A stretch of DNA of 64,000 nt from Nitrosopumilus sp. (GTDB taxonomy: Archaea; Thermoproteota; Nitrososphaeria; Nitrososphaerales; Nitrosopumilaceae), in the NCBI GenBank assembly GCA_965214775.1, contig OZ243974.1:1472001-1536000 (forward strand), written 5' to 3'. The translations under genes were made by a program, and so were the position numbers. The notes under the pieces were generated by a model that worked only from the letters and a program-made list of their open reading frames with translations, had not been told where the DNA came from and searched no databases. Below, piece by piece: positions 9,923 through 20,690 of this stretch (its first letter is position 1; each line of letters begins with the position of its first letter).

Positions 9923-11320
9923 ATGACGGTGGATGCTGTAATTGTCGATTCCCACGTAATTCTTCCGTCTGGAATGGTTGACAAAAACATTGTAATCGAT
10001 GAAGGGAGGGTTGCCGGACTGACAACCGATGTTCCTTCCTGTGATAAAAAAATTAACGGCAATGGCCTGGTCTCGGTTCCGGGAGCCATTGATCCTCACG
10101 TTCATTATGGGGTGTACTCTTCCATTGACAAAGCCGCAAAAACTGAATCGCATGCTGCTGCAATAGGCGGAGTTACAACCATGATGCGAATGCTCCGGTT
10201 GGGAGATTCCTTCTCAAACTCCTTGCAAGATCAATTGGACGCATCCGCGCAAAATCATTACGTTGACTATGCAATCCATGCGTCCGTTTTTAACCCTCGA
10301 CAAATCAGCGAGATGGATATCTGTGTAAAAAAGAGAATCACATCGTTTAAAATCTACATGAATCTTGGGGGGGAAGTCGGACATGTCTACATGGACATGC
10401 CTCCAAATTCTAGCGAACTCGTAGCCGCCAAAGTCAACGTCACTGATGAAATTGTTGAACACGCCGTAAAAACCGCTGCGTCTCTGGGCTGTCCCGTACT
10501 GGTCCATGCCGAAGACTATGAATCATGTGGATGTGGAATCAAAACTGCAAAAGAAAAACACCAGGACGGCCTTTCTGCCTGGTCTGAAAGCCGTTCTCCT
10601 GAATATGAGGCCAAAGCAATCAGAACCGTATCTAAATTTGGAAGAGACTATGGCTGCGTAATCTATTTTGTTCATATTGGCTCTAAACGCGCACTAGAGC
10701 AGATTGAAGAAGAAAAAAAACTCGGGACAAAAATTTTTGTAGAAACATGCCCTCATTATCTGACATTATCCCATGAACAACAGGAGGGATATCTGGCAAA
10801 AGTCATGCCGCCTATCAGATCAACAGACGACAACAAAGCAATCTGGGATGCGTTGTCGTCAAACCGAATTGATACGATAGGGACCGATCATGTTGCAAAC
10901 CAGCTCAAATTGAAACTCGGGGGCGAGAATGTCTGGGATGCACTGGCAGGATTCCCTGGAATCGGAACCGTCTTGCCCTTGTTGCTTGACTACGGAGTTG
11001 GCCAAAACAAGATTACGCTAGAACAGTTTGTAAAGTTTACCAGTAATAATGCAGCTAGGATTTTTGGAATGTTTCCTAAAAAAGGCACTCTGGAAAAATC
11101 ATCAGACGCCGATATTACGATGATTGATCTGAAAAAAGAGAAAAAAGTCTCTTCAGAACTGTTTGGCGGTTTTTCAGATTATGTCGTGTATGAAGGCAGA
11201 AACCTCAAGGGATGGCCCGTCAAAACTCTTGTTAGGGGCCAGCTGGTAGCAGATAATTTTCAAGTCGTTGGAAAACCTGGCCACGGCAAACTTGTTGAGA
11301 GATTTCCTGAAACTGCCTGA
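9923..11320 (+). CDS. Cyclic amidohydrolase (dihydroorotase/hydantoinase/allantoinase family)
   Basis: PGAIDPHVH, GGVTT, VHAED, ETCPHYL, GTDH motifs. Confidence 0.9.
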   Translation: MTVDAVIVDSHVILPSGMVDKNIVIDEGRVAGLTTDVPSCDKKINGNGLVSVPGAIDPHVHYGVYSSIDKAAKTESHAAAIGGVTTMMRMLRLGDSFSNSLQDQLDASAQNHYVDYAIHASVFNPRQISEMDICVKKRITSFKIYMNLGGEVGHVYMDMPPNSSELVAAKVNVTDEIVEHAVKTAASLGCPVLVHAEDYESCGCGIKTAKEKHQDGLSAWSESRSPEYEAKAIRTVSKFGRDYGCVIYFVHIGSKRALEQIEEEKKLGTKIFVETCPHYLTLSHEQQEGYLAKVMPPIRSTDDNKAIWDALSSNRIDTIGTDHVANQLKLKLGGENVWDALAGFPGIGTVLPLLLDYGVGQNKITLEQFVKFTSNNAARIFGMFPKKGTLEKSSDADITMIDLKKEKKVSSELFGGFSDYVVYEGRNLKGWPVKTLVRGQLVADNFQVVGKPGHGKLVERFPETA

Positions 11321-11363
11321 CAGTTGCTGTTAGTCTATTATAGTAAGGGATTTTTTCATAATC

Positions 11364-11576
11364 ATGGATCTTGCATCAAAAAAACTTCCGCTGGCTCTGA
11401 TTGGAATTTTGCTGGTCGTTTTGGCAGTCCAAACAGTCAGCAACAGTTCGGTTGAAAAATTCATTGATCCTTCAACATGTGAAATCTGGATAAAGAGTCC
11501 GGAACCTGCCGGACGCCAATATCTGGGAGAATTTGATTCAAAATGCCTGGATTTGAAGAATCTGAGCCGTCCATGA
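11364..11576 (+). CDS. Small membrane-anchored hypothetical protein
   Basis: N-terminal hydrophobic helix; two Cys. Confidence 0.6.
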   Translation: MDLASKKLPLALIGILLVVLAVQTVSNSSVEKFIDPSTCEIWIKSPEPAGRQYLGEFDSKCLDLKNLSRP

Positions 11577-11592
11577 TCCGACGTAACCCTGC

Positions 11593-12279
11593 CTAGAGAA
11601 CATCGAATCTTCCACCGGTCTTTGCCTTGTAAATGACATCCGGCTTTCTCAAAAATATGCCTGATTCCAAAACTCCTGGAATCTGCTTGATTTTTTGTGA
11701 CAAAATTCTGGGGTTTTTGATTGTGCCAAAATCACAATCAAGGATTATGTTGCCATTCTCCGTAAAGAAGGGATATCCCCCATCGCCATCCAATGTCCTG
11801 ATTTGGGCATCTCCCCCCAGCTTCAAAATATTCTTTACTACCGAAGCTCTCCCAAGAGGATGAATCTCAACTGGAACAGATCTTGAAAAGTTTTTTACAA
11901 ACTTTGTCGTGTCAGCCATTACGACAACCTTTTTTGCCAAACTAAAAAGAATGTTTTCTCGAAGCAGGGCCCCGCCGCCACCTTTGATGACAAATTTGCC
12001 AGAGTCAATCTGATCTGCTCCGTCAAACACCACGTCGATATGATCGACCTGATCTGCCCCGACTAGGGGAATCCCTCCCTCTTCAGCTGCCAACTTGATC
12101 TGCAGCGATGTTGGAACTCCGACAATGTGTAAATCCCTTACTTTGATTAACTTTGATAGTGATTTTACTAATGCAGTAGCGGCCCTTCCGCTGCCCAAGC
12201 CGACAATCGAACGGTCTTTAACATGTCTTAGCGCGTAGTTTGACAATGCCTTGATGGCATCATCAAAGGGGGAGGACAA
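11593..12279 (-). CDS. rpiA: Ribose-5-phosphate isomerase A
   Basis: GLGSG, DGADQ, IKGGGGAL, TENGNIILD. Confidence 0.95.
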   Translation of the reverse strand: MSSPFDDAIKALSNYALRHVKDRSIVGLGSGRAATALVKSLSKLIKVRDLHIVGVPTSLQIKLAAEEGGIPLVGADQVDHIDVVFDGADQIDSGKFVIKGGGGALLRENILFSLAKKVVVMADTTKFVKNFSRSVPVEIHPLGRASVVKNILKLGGDAQIRTLDGDGGYPFFTENGNIILDCDFGTIKNPRILSQKIKQIPGVLESGIFLRKPDVIYKAKTGGRFDVL

Positions 12280-13257
12280 TCACTCTACCTCAGCTTGGTC
12301 AAGCCTTGTTAGAACTTTCATGATGTTGCCCTTGATTTTGTCCAAATCGTCGGCATCCTCATCAAAGTCCTCATCAAGATTTGTAATCTTTGGCCTCTCT
12401 TCTTTTTCCGGAAGTGCCTTGTGTTTTGTAATCTTTGCAACTTCCTTTGTGATGTCGGGGCTGCCGGTTTCGATTTTTGGGCGAGGCTTCTTTGGAGCAA
12501 CTGACTCGATTATCTCAATTTTATCATCAACCTTTGGTTTTGGTTGTGGAATCTCTGCGACAATCTCCTCTTCTTTCTGGGCAATCTCGGGTTGATAAAC
12601 TCGGGGCTGTGGCATCGGCCTTGGTGCTTTTCCCGGTTCCTCTTTTTCAACAAATGGGAACTTGGGTTCTGCCCTTGAAACGTCTGTGAGCGTAGTCAAT
12701 TCAAATGACTGCCCTGACTTTGCAGGCAGAACTGTTGCCGGTTGGGCTTTTGTCTGCCTTGGTTTTTCAAAATTAAAAGTACTTTTGAGGGACTCTTTTG
12801 CCTTGGATCTTTCCTGCTGCTTGGTTTGTGTCTGCCTTGACTCTTCGGCTTTGACTGAAACCATCTTGGATGACAATTCATAGAGCCTGTCATCCAGCTT
12901 TGATAATTTTTGATCCATCAATGTTATCAGACCGTCTCCAACCGGGCCTAGATCCGGATGTTTGCTAGCTTGATCCAGCTTTTCTAATCTGGCCAGAACA
13001 ATTCCCAGCTGGTGCTGATATTTCAACAGCAGCTTGTCTTTTTGAACTCTTGAAAATCCAGCATCGTCTTGGTATAGTCTGGAAATTGTCTTAGCTAGGA
13101 TGTCTTTTTCTATGCTCAAAGAATTGATTTGATTTTTGATGTGTGAACTTGCACCAAGACTCAGTATCTGATTTTTGTCTCTTGGCATCCTTTTTACAGC
13201 TGCTGCCGTAGCTACGCCTGCCAACGAACTAAGAATAATGGGGGCAATCTCTAACAT
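12280..13257 (-). CDS. Hypothetical protein (N-terminal anchor, coiled coil)
   Basis: Long ORF tightly packed in the lsm-rpl37e-rpiA operon. Confidence 0.75.
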   Translation of the reverse strand: MLEIAPIILSSLAGVATAAAVKRMPRDKNQILSLGASSHIKNQINSLSIEKDILAKTISRLYQDDAGFSRVQKDKLLLKYQHQLGIVLARLEKLDQASKHPDLGPVGDGLITLMDQKLSKLDDRLYELSSKMVSVKAEESRQTQTKQQERSKAKESLKSTFNFEKPRQTKAQPATVLPAKSGQSFELTTLTDVSRAEPKFPFVEKEEPGKAPRPMPQPRVYQPEIAQKEEEIVAEIPQPKPKVDDKIEIIESVAPKKPRPKIETGSPDITKEVAKITKHKALPEKEERPKITNLDEDFDEDADDLDKIKGNIMKVLTRLDQAEVE

Positions 13258-13425
13258 CTATGTATACCATTTGATCCAGGAATATTTTCTTCTTTTGGCC
13301 TCTGGGAATCCACAACTGGCGCACCTGTGATGACGCCTGTGAAGTGAGTTTTTACCACATCGCCTGCATCTGATGTGTACCTTCTTTTTTGTAAAACCCC
13401 CCATGGAAGTTGTACCCTTTACCAT
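13258..13425 (-). CDS. rpl37e: 50S ribosomal protein L37e (not in ORF track)
   Basis: [41 protein letters not shown], read manually. Confidence 0.95.
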   Translation of the reverse strand: MVKGTTSMGGFTKKKVHIRCRRCGKNSLHRRHHRCASCGFPEAKRRKYSWIKWYT

Positions 13426-13434
13426 CTGGATCAC

Positions 13435-13671
13435 CTAATTTTGCGCCGGTGGAGGAGATATCATGACCACATTGTCTCCCCTGACCACGATGGAACCAAG
13501 GCCTCTTGCATCGCCTTCAGCAGGAATCTCCTCTGAAGAGTCGAGTAGCAGATTCATGTGTTGGTCAAAACCTAAAAGATTGCCTCTAATTGTCTTGCCA
13601 CCCTTGAGCTTTATCAATACCATCTGATTGATACTCTCATCTAGTACTTTAACTGCCATATCAACGGACAT
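13435..13671 (-). CDS. Sm-like archaeal protein (Lsm/SmAP1)
   Basis: GFDQHMNLLL and VVRGDNV; canonical position upstream of rpl37e. Confidence 0.95.
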   Translation of the reverse strand: MSVDMAVKVLDESINQMVLIKLKGGKTIRGNLLGFDQHMNLLLDSSEEIPAEGDARGLGSIVVRGDNVVMISPPPAQN

Positions 13672-13728
13672 TTATTTCACTTATTGGCTTTGATACTGAG
13701 GGATTATATTAAAATTTCATTGGTAAAA

Positions 13729-14451
13729 CTATGAGCTGTCTCCAGTAAGACAAGTTTGACACCTTTTTCCAAGGTTTTTGACGATTTCAGCTAAAATTCT
13801 CTGTCCGTCTTTTTTTGTCGCCTTTGTCGGATTTCCCCAAATTCCATTCCTTGTGGCCTTGGGAAACGACTCATTTGCAAGTTTCCCCAATTTTTTGATT
13901 TCCTGCCCTGACATGCCATCTGTAATCAGCCCCTTTTTGGCCCTGCTCATCCTGACATTCCTTGAAATTGCCAGCATCAGAGACGTTTCAACAAATCCTG
14001 CATGATCAAACTCTCCTTTGATAAAGTGCCAATATGAAAATGAAAATACTCTGAGCCTGCCGTTTGTGAGCTTTTTTAGTTTAAGGTCGATGTTTTTTAG
14101 CGGTCTCAAATTTCCATGGTGGCCATTAATGACGAAAACTGTCTTGATTTTGTTTTCCAGCAATGATACACACAGATCACTTACCATCAAACGCAAAGTT
14201 GACTCTCTGATGCTTAGATTGAAAAACGGGGCATGCTCAAACGAGACTCCGTACGTGATCGTGGGAAGCAGCTGAAACCCCTTCTTTTCGGCAATTCTCT
14301 TTGAGACCTCTGTAACTATGTCCGAATCAGTAGATATGGGCAAGTGTGGACCGTGCTGCTCAATTGATCCGATTGGAATTATTGCCGCTTGGCTCTTGTT
14401 TCTGATGGCTTTTCTTAACTCAGGATCAAACCTGGCCTTGATTTCTGTCAT
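13729..14451 (-). CDS. Creatininase family amidohydrolase
   Basis: PIGSIEQHGPHLP, NGHHGN, HAGFVETS. Confidence 0.9.
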   Translation of the reverse strand: MTEIKARFDPELRKAIRNKSQAAIIPIGSIEQHGPHLPISTDSDIVTEVSKRIAEKKGFQLLPTITYGVSFEHAPFFNLSIRESTLRLMVSDLCVSLLENKIKTVFVINGHHGNLRPLKNIDLKLKKLTNGRLRVFSFSYWHFIKGEFDHAGFVETSLMLAISRNVRMSRAKKGLITDGMSGQEIKKLGKLANESFPKATRNGIWGNPTKATKKDGQRILAEIVKNLGKRCQTCLTGDSS

Positions 14452-14456
14452 TTCAT

Positions 14457-15299
14457 TTACTTGGCCTTGATGTGAACTTTTCTCCAGCGAACTTCTAGCT
14501 TGTTTTCTAGATGCATCTTGACTGCCTTGAGCAGAGTCTCTGCCTCTAGCTTTTGTCCTTTGGATTTTATTCTTTCAAGCGTGTCGTTTGGATCCACCTT
14601 GAAGGAATCTTGAAAAATAATCGGCCCTTGATCCAAGTTTTCTGTTACATAATGAGACGTAACACCGACAATCTTTGTTCCTCTTTCAAACGCCTGTGCA
14701 TATGCCAGTGCCCCCGGAAACGCCGGAAGCAGTGACGGGTGAATGTTGATGATTCTGTTTGGATACCTCCATACAAAATTCGGCGTTAAGATTCGCATGT
14801 ATCTGGCCAAGGCAATCAGATCTACGTTGTATCTTTTACAAATTTCAATGAGTTTGTCTTCTGCCTTTTGCTGATTCTTTTCTTCAATTGCAACAAATGG
14901 AACTTTTGCCTTTTTGGCAATCGGCTCAAGCGTTTTTTCCGTCCCCACGATTACTGAAAGATTTCCTTTTAATGACTTTGCGTTATCCAGTATTGTTTGA
15001 AGACACAGCGGCTCTCTGGTTACAAAAACCGCGATGTTCTTTTGTGAATTTGTCTCATGGTGTGTACTGACATCCATCCTCTCCTTTTTAGCTAATTTTT
15101 GTATCTCCGAACCGAAACTGCCTACGTTGATTGATCTTGAAAATGAGACCTCCAGATACATTCCAAAAAGACCCTTGACGACGTTTTGATTCACCTTTTC
15201 AATGTTGCCCCCTTTTGAAAACACAAAGTTTGTAAAGGCAGCTACGATTCCTTCTGCGTCCTTTCCCACTACTGTGATTCCTACGACTGTTTTTTTCAT
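14457..15299 (-). CDS. purU: Formyltetrahydrofolate deformylase
   Basis: ACT domain, LARYMRIL, INIHPSLLP, DQGPII. Confidence 0.92.
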   Translation of the reverse strand: MKKTVVGITVVGKDAEGIVAAFTNFVFSKGGNIEKVNQNVVKGLFGMYLEVSFSRSINVGSFGSEIQKLAKKERMDVSTHHETNSQKNIAVFVTREPLCLQTILDNAKSLKGNLSVIVGTEKTLEPIAKKAKVPFVAIEEKNQQKAEDKLIEICKRYNVDLIALARYMRILTPNFVWRYPNRIINIHPSLLPAFPGALAYAQAFERGTKIVGVTSHYVTENLDQGPIIFQDSFKVDPNDTLERIKSKGQKLEAETLLKAVKMHLENKLEVRWRKVHIKAK

Positions 15300-15355
15300 G
15301 ACTTTGTTTGTTTTTTGGGGTTTTTCTCATTATTAATCATTCACGGAGTCAACTG

Positions 15356-15443
15356 TGGTGCGGGAGGTGGGATTTGAACCCACGAACTCCTGAAAGATAG
15401 GGTCCTAAGCCCTACGCCTTTGACCAGGCTGGGCGACTCCCGC
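15356..15443 (-). tRNA. tRNA-Leu(TAG)
   Basis: GCGGGAG acceptor stem, TAGGG-CTTAGGA-CCCTA arm, long variable arm, encoded CCA. Confidence 0.95.
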
Positions 15444-15490
15444 AACGGGACTGCCATTAAACACAAATTTATCTATTATTGCAATATGTT

Positions 15491-16843
15491 GTGGCGAAAT
15501 TTTTCGGAACAAATGGAATTCGTGGCGTATTTTCTGAGGATTTCACACTGGAATTCGTCCATGACATGACTCTGGCAATCGGAACTTTTTTTCAAAAAGG
15601 GCCAATCTTAGTTGGGTTTGATGGCCGTCAATCAAGCCCCGTAATAGGCAAGGCTGTAAGTTCGGCTCTGAATTCAATTGGAATAGACTGTAATGTTGCC
15701 GGACTTGTCCCGACTCCGTGTCTGGAATACGCTGTAAAGACTTTGGGATACTCGGGAGGAATAATGATCACTGCATCCCACAATCCTCCCCAATACAACG
15801 GAATAAAGCCTGCAGCTGGTGATGGTGTTGAAATTTCAAGGGAGGACGAACTAGTCATTGAAGACATCTACCTCCGGAAACGTTGGATTCAAAATCCACC
15901 AGGATGGGGCGCAACCGGAACCGAGGATCGTGCGATTCAAACATATCTTGACGGAATCGCCTCACAAGTTGATTCCAAGCTGATAGAATCAAAAAATTTC
16001 AAAGTCGTATTGGATTTGGGCAACGGGGTACAAGCTGTTGCTGCCCCTGAGTTTGCCAGAATGCTAAACTGCCAAACGTTTCTCGTAAATGAAAAAGTGG
16101 ATGGCAACTTTCCTGGAAGGGGCTCTGAACCCACTCCGCAGAACCTGTCAGAGCTATCAAGGGCCGTGGTGGAAAACAATGCTGATCTCGGAGTTGCATT
16201 TGACGGCGATGGGGACAGGAGTATCTTCTGTGACAACAAAGGGGGGATCCTGACCGGTGACAAGTCTGCACTGGCATTGACACGGCATATACTGCAAAAA
16301 AATCCCAGTTCCTTGGTTGTTACATGTCTGAATTCCGGCTCAAACATTGAGACTTTGGCAGAAAAATTCGGTTCCAAAGTCATCCGTACAAAAGTTGGAA
16401 GCGTGGAAGTTTCAAGAAAGATGGTTTCTATTAATGCCTTGGTTGGTTTTGAAGAAAATGGGGGCTTTATGTTTGGAAGACATAACCAAGTAAGAGACGG
16501 ATGCATGGCTTTGGCACTGATGCTGGAATTGCTGGCCTCATCACCTGAAGGCTCACTCTCTGACGAAATTCAAAAATTGCCTTCCTCATTTACTGCCAAA
16601 GACAAAGTTGCCTGCCCCCCTGAAAAAGTCCCGATCCTGCTCTATGCCCTAAGGGAGGAATTCCCGGACTCTGATGCCACTGATGGCATCAAAATCATGC
16701 TGGCTCCAAAAAACTGGGTGATGGTTCGCCCCAGCGGGACAGAACCAATTGTCAGGGTGTATGCCGAAGCTGAAAGTCAAGAGAAACTAGATGATTTAAT
16801 GTCTGAATATCTCCAAAAAGTAAATTCCGTCATTGCCAGATAA
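15491..16843 (+). CDS. glmM: Phosphohexomutase (phosphoglucosamine mutase/PMM-PGM)
   Basis: FGTNGIRG, TASHNP, DGDGDR, RPSGTEP; exact substrate not resolvable. Confidence 0.85.
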   Translation: MAKFFGTNGIRGVFSEDFTLEFVHDMTLAIGTFFQKGPILVGFDGRQSSPVIGKAVSSALNSIGIDCNVAGLVPTPCLEYAVKTLGYSGGIMITASHNPPQYNGIKPAAGDGVEISREDELVIEDIYLRKRWIQNPPGWGATGTEDRAIQTYLDGIASQVDSKLIESKNFKVVLDLGNGVQAVAAPEFARMLNCQTFLVNEKVDGNFPGRGSEPTPQNLSELSRAVVENNADLGVAFDGDGDRSIFCDNKGGILTGDKSALALTRHILQKNPSSLVVTCLNSGSNIETLAEKFGSKVIRTKVGSVEVSRKMVSINALVGFEENGGFMFGRHNQVRDGCMALALMLELLASSPEGSLSDEIQKLPSSFTAKDKVACPPEKVPILLYALREEFPDSDATDGIKIMLAPKNWVMVRPSGTEPIVRVYAEAESQEKLDDLMSEYLQKVNSVIAR

Positions 16844-16907
16844 CACTTTTAAAACCAAGCTGGAGGATGAAGGGAATGGAGAATGAACCCTAGGGTGACG
16901 ATGAAGT

Positions 16908-17294
16908 ATGGGAAAAGCATATTATGTTAAATTTGAGACGCCAGAGGATCTCGTTAACCCGATCTTAGAGGCCATTAGAGTGGCTTCCACCAGCGGCAAA
17001 GTCAAGAAAGGGACCAACGAGGCAACCAAGGCAATAGAGCGCGGTACCAGCAAACTGATTGTTATTGCCGAAGATGTTGAACCACCAGAGGTAGTAGCCC
17101 ATCTTCCAATTCTATGCGAAGAGCAAGGTGCAGCATTTGCATTTGTTCCAAGCAAGCAAGAACTAGGAAAGTCATTGGGAATCGACATTACTTCTGCCGC
17201 TGCAGCAATCTTGGATGCCGGTGATGCACAGCACATAGTAGACCAGGTTGTATCATCGATTGCTGGAATTAAGGGCGGTAAGAGTAAGGAATGA
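16908..17294 (+). CDS. rpl7ae: 50S ribosomal protein L7Ae
   Basis: [23 protein letters not shown]. Confidence 0.97.
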   Translation: MGKAYYVKFETPEDLVNPILEAIRVASTSGKVKKGTNEATKAIERGTSKLIVIAEDVEPPEVVAHLPILCEEQGAAFAFVPSKQELGKSLGIDITSAAAAILDAGDAQHIVDQVVSSIAGIKGGKSKE

Positions 17295-17509
17295 GCGCAG
17301 CAGCTACTGCTGAGGAAGTAATACAGTCTGAAATTATTCAAATTGTTGGACGTACTGGCATTGCCGGCGAAGTCATTCAAGTCAGGGTCAAGGTTCTTAC
17401 AGGCGAGGATAAAGGAAGAATTCTTACAAGAAACGTAAAAGGTTCTGTTAGAATGGGAGAAATCCTGATGCTAAGAGAAACAGAAAGAGAAGCAAAGAAG
17501 ATCAAGTAG
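17291..17509 (+). CDS. rps28e: 30S ribosomal protein S28e
   Basis: [21 protein letters not shown]. Confidence 0.97.
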   Translation: MSAAATAEEVIQSEIIQIVGRTGIAGEVIQVRVKVLTGEDKGRILTRNVKGSVRMGEILMLRETEREAKKIK

Positions 17510-17522
17510 GTTGGGCGTTTGG

Positions 17523-17723
17523 ATGAGTCTTTTAGTTAAACCGTGTAGTTTCTGTGACCGACCTGTTGCAAAAGGTTCAGGAACCATGCTGGCAAAAAAT
17601 GACGGTACTGTTTTGTGGTTCTGCTCTGCAAAATGCAAAAAGAACGCATTGGAACTTAAGCGAGACCCAAGAAAACTAAAGTGGACCAAAAAATACGTCA
17701 AAGGTGGAATTAAAAGAAAGTAA
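17523..17723 (+). CDS. rpl24e: 50S ribosomal protein L24e
   Basis: CSFC...FCSAKC, RDPRKLKWT. Confidence 0.97.
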   Translation: MSLLVKPCSFCDRPVAKGSGTMLAKNDGTVLWFCSAKCKKNALELKRDPRKLKWTKKYVKGGIKRK

Positions 17724-17724
17724 A

Positions 17725-18126
17725 TTGACCGAACAAACGTTATTCATTGTAAAGCCAGATGCAGTATCCAGAAATCTGGTAGGCCAAGTCATTTCCAGAT
17801 TTGAGAAAAAAGGCTTTAAAATTTCAAAATTAAAGATGCTCACATTTACACAAGAACAGGCAGAAAAGTTCTATGACGTGCATAAAGACAAACCGTTCTT
17901 TGGAGAATTGACATCATTTATCACTTCGGGTCCCGTAGTAGCTGCAATTATTGAAGGAAACAATGCAATTGCCACTACAAGGATCATGATTGGCGCAACA
18001 AAATCATTTGAGGCGGCGCCCGGTTCCATTAGGGGCGACTTTGGACTTGGATTTAGCGAAAACATAATTCATGCATCAGATTCGCAAGAAAGCTTTGATC
18101 ACGAATCGAGGGTAGCATTTGAGTGA
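17725..18126 (+). CDS. ndk: Nucleoside diphosphate kinase
   Basis: VKPDAV, PGSIRGDFG, NIIHASD. Confidence 0.97.
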   Translation: MTEQTLFIVKPDAVSRNLVGQVISRFEKKGFKISKLKMLTFTQEQAEKFYDVHKDKPFFGELTSFITSGPVVAAIIEGNNAIATTRIMIGATKSFEAAPGSIRGDFGLGFSENIIHASDSQESFDHESRVAFE

Positions 18127-18132
18127 TCTGTC

Positions 18133-19914
18133 TTGCAAATTCGTCAGCCCATAGTGGCAGTTCTAGGACACGTAGACTCTGGCAAAACATCTCTTCTGGA
18201 TAGAATTCGCGGAACCGGTGTTCAAGGCAGAGAAGCCGGCGGAATTACCCAGCATATTGGCGCCAGTTTTCTTCCAACAAAAACAATCAGGGAGACATGT
18301 GGCACACTGTACAAACAACTCGAAAAATCTGAAAACCAAGTTCCTGGAATTTTGGTTATCGACACTCCGGGCCACGAGGTTTTTACAAATCTTCGCTCAC
18401 GAGGAGGCTCTGCAGCTGATATAGCAATCCTGGTCGTCGACGTAAACCGTGGATTTCAAATGCAAACCAATGAAAGCTTGAAAATTCTACAAGGCAGAAA
18501 GGTTCCGTTTGTTGTTGCACTGAACAAATGTGACCAAATCTCAGGATGGAGAAAGTCAGAAACACAATTCATCTCACAGGCAATCAAGGAGCAGGATGCC
18601 TCCATTCAAACAGATCTTGATCAGAAAATCTATGACGTTGTAGGCACTTTGTCAGTTTTAGGCTACCGGTCTGAGGCATTTTACCGTGTAAAGGATTTCA
18701 AATCTGAAATTGCAATCGTTCCAATCTCTGCCAGATCCGGCGTTGGAATTCCTGAATTGTTGAGTGTCCTGGTAGGATTGACCCAGCAATATCTCCAAAA
18801 AAGGCTGGATCAGCAAGAGAAGGAACCCAGGGGAATTGTTCTTGAAGTAAACGATGAGGTGGGATTGGGCCAAACTGCAAACATAATCCTCATTGACGGC
18901 TCTATAAGAAAGGAGGACAGCATCGTTGTGGCAAAAAGGGATTCCGTTGTTGTTGCAAAACCCAAAGCGCTGTTGCTGCCAAAACCTCTTGATGAGATGA
19001 GGGATCCCAGAGACAAATTCAACCAAGTCCCACAGGTGGATGCGGCTGCAGGATTGAAGATTGCATCTCCCGAACTTGAGGGGGTCTTGCCTGGAAGCAC
19101 TCTTTATGTTGCATCAAATGACGAGGAAGTTGCAAAATATGCCAAACAGATTGCATCTGAAATGAAGTCCGTATTCGTAGACACTGAGACCAGTGGAATT
19201 ACCTTGAAATGTGATACGATAGGATCACTTGAAGCCATTGTTCAAATGCTTGCACACTCTCAAGTGCCTGTTGCCAAGGCTGACATCGGTCCGGTAAACC
19301 GGCGTGATATTATGGAAGCAAAGGCAATCAAAGACAAGGACAGACACCTAGGAATTGTCCTGGCATTTAACGTAAAAATTTTGCCTGATGCAAGGGACGA
19401 ATCAGAAGACAGTCACATCAAAATCTTTGAGGATAAGGTAATCTACAGTCTGATAGATAATTACAATGGATGGGTTGAAGAGGATTCTGCAAACGAAGAG
19501 GATGCAATATTTTCCGAGCTAACGCCAATTTGCAAATTCACATTTATGAAGGGAATGGTTTTCAGAAATAGCAACCCTGCGGTTTTTGGCGTCAGGGTGG
19601 ACGTGGGAACCTTGAAACAAAAAGTTACGTTTATGAACGCGGCTGGCAGGAAGGTTGGGGTTGTACACCAGCTTCAGCTGGATAAAAAGACCGTATCCTC
19701 AGCTAGAGCCGGAGATGAAGTTGCTTGTTCTGTTCAGGATGCAACGGTTGGAAGGCAACTGTTTGAAGAGGACGTGTACTATACGCTTCCGCCTTCACAT
19801 GAGGCAAAACTACTGCTTGACAAATTCATGCACAAACTTGGCACTGAAGAGCAGGAGGCTCTTGGTGAAATAGTCAGAATTCAAAGGCAAAGAGAGGCGG
19901 CTTACGGCTACTAG
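18133..19914 (+). CDS. infB: Translation initiation factor aIF5B (IF-2)
   Basis: GHVDSGKT, GGITQHIGA, DTPGHE, NKCD. Confidence 0.97.
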   Translation: MQIRQPIVAVLGHVDSGKTSLLDRIRGTGVQGREAGGITQHIGASFLPTKTIRETCGTLYKQLEKSENQVPGILVIDTPGHEVFTNLRSRGGSAADIAILVVDVNRGFQMQTNESLKILQGRKVPFVVALNKCDQISGWRKSETQFISQAIKEQDASIQTDLDQKIYDVVGTLSVLGYRSEAFYRVKDFKSEIAIVPISARSGVGIPELLSVLVGLTQQYLQKRLDQQEKEPRGIVLEVNDEVGLGQTANIILIDGSIRKEDSIVVAKRDSVVVAKPKALLLPKPLDEMRDPRDKFNQVPQVDAAAGLKIASPELEGVLPGSTLYVASNDEEVAKYAKQIASEMKSVFVDTETSGITLKCDTIGSLEAIVQMLAHSQVPVAKADIGPVNRRDIMEAKAIKDKDRHLGIVLAFNVKILPDARDESEDSHIKIFEDKVIYSLIDNYNGWVEEDSANEEDAIFSELTPICKFTFMKGMVFRNSNPAVFGVRVDVGTLKQKVTFMNAAGRKVGVVHQLQLDKKTVSSARAGDEVACSVQDATVGRQLFEEDVYYTLPPSHEAKLLLDKFMHKLGTEEQEALGEIVRIQRQREAAYGY

Positions 19915-20318
19915 TCTTCTTTAGAGTGTTTTTTGCAGATCATATGGATGCCGGGAGCTCCGACTGCCCCTGTCATCTGATCAACTACCATGCCGGCCTT
20001 GAACATGATAAATGTGGGAATTGACTGTACCCCATACTTCATTGAAATGCCCTGGTTTTGGTCTACATTTATCCTTGCAAATTTTATTTTAGGATATTTT
20101 TTATCCAAACTCTCAAAAACCGGATGCATCATTTTGCATGGACCGCACCATTCTGCCCAAAAATCCACCAGTGTTGGGGTTTCTGACGATATTATTTGTT
20201 GAAAGTTCGAATCATCCAAATCAGCTATTCCCGGTTCTGTCTGTGGCTGATTTTGCTGTCTTAGCATCTCTTCTAGTTTTCTTTGTTTGATCTTTTCAAT
20301 TTCCGGATCTTCAGACAT
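19911..20318 (-). CDS. Thioredoxin with N-terminal extension
   Basis: DFWAEWCGPC motif. Confidence 0.92.
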   Translation of the reverse strand: MSEDPEIEKIKQRKLEEMLRQQNQPQTEPGIADLDDSNFQQIISSETPTLVDFWAEWCGPCKMMHPVFESLDKKYPKIKFARINVDQNQGISMKYGVQSIPTFIMFKAGMVVDQMTGAVGAPGIHMICKKHSKED

Positions 20319-20362
20319 TGAGATAAGAAAATCCTTTCTCCTAAAAAATCTATGTCAGACTG

Positions 20363-20640
20363 CGGTCTTCCCAGATGTACGCGACTCATAGTGGTGCAGG
20401 CAGCTGCATGCGGATTTGCAGACATCATAATCTGAATTGTGTCAAATGTGGAGCCGTTTTTCTGGGAACTTCTGGGAAGACTGGACTGCTGCAGCCAAAT
20501 GAAAAGTACCCACGATCTGGCGTCATGGAGGGGAAGCGCGGAGAGGGGCTTGGATTCTCTGAGACAAGCAGTCATATGCCCTTCAGAGATGTGATCCGAA
20601 ATTAGAAACCGAGAGCCCCGTCTGCAGCTGTTCTGCTGCA
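20363..20640. mobile_element. Family I MITE (20363-20483) and an orphan family H end (~20586-20640)
   Basis: 5-bp TSD GACTG around I; 20586 onward resembles the left end of the IS at 62322. Confidence 0.75.
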
Positions 20641-20690
20641 GACCTTACATTCTCAAATAATGGACAAACAATTTTTCGCACAACATGGAA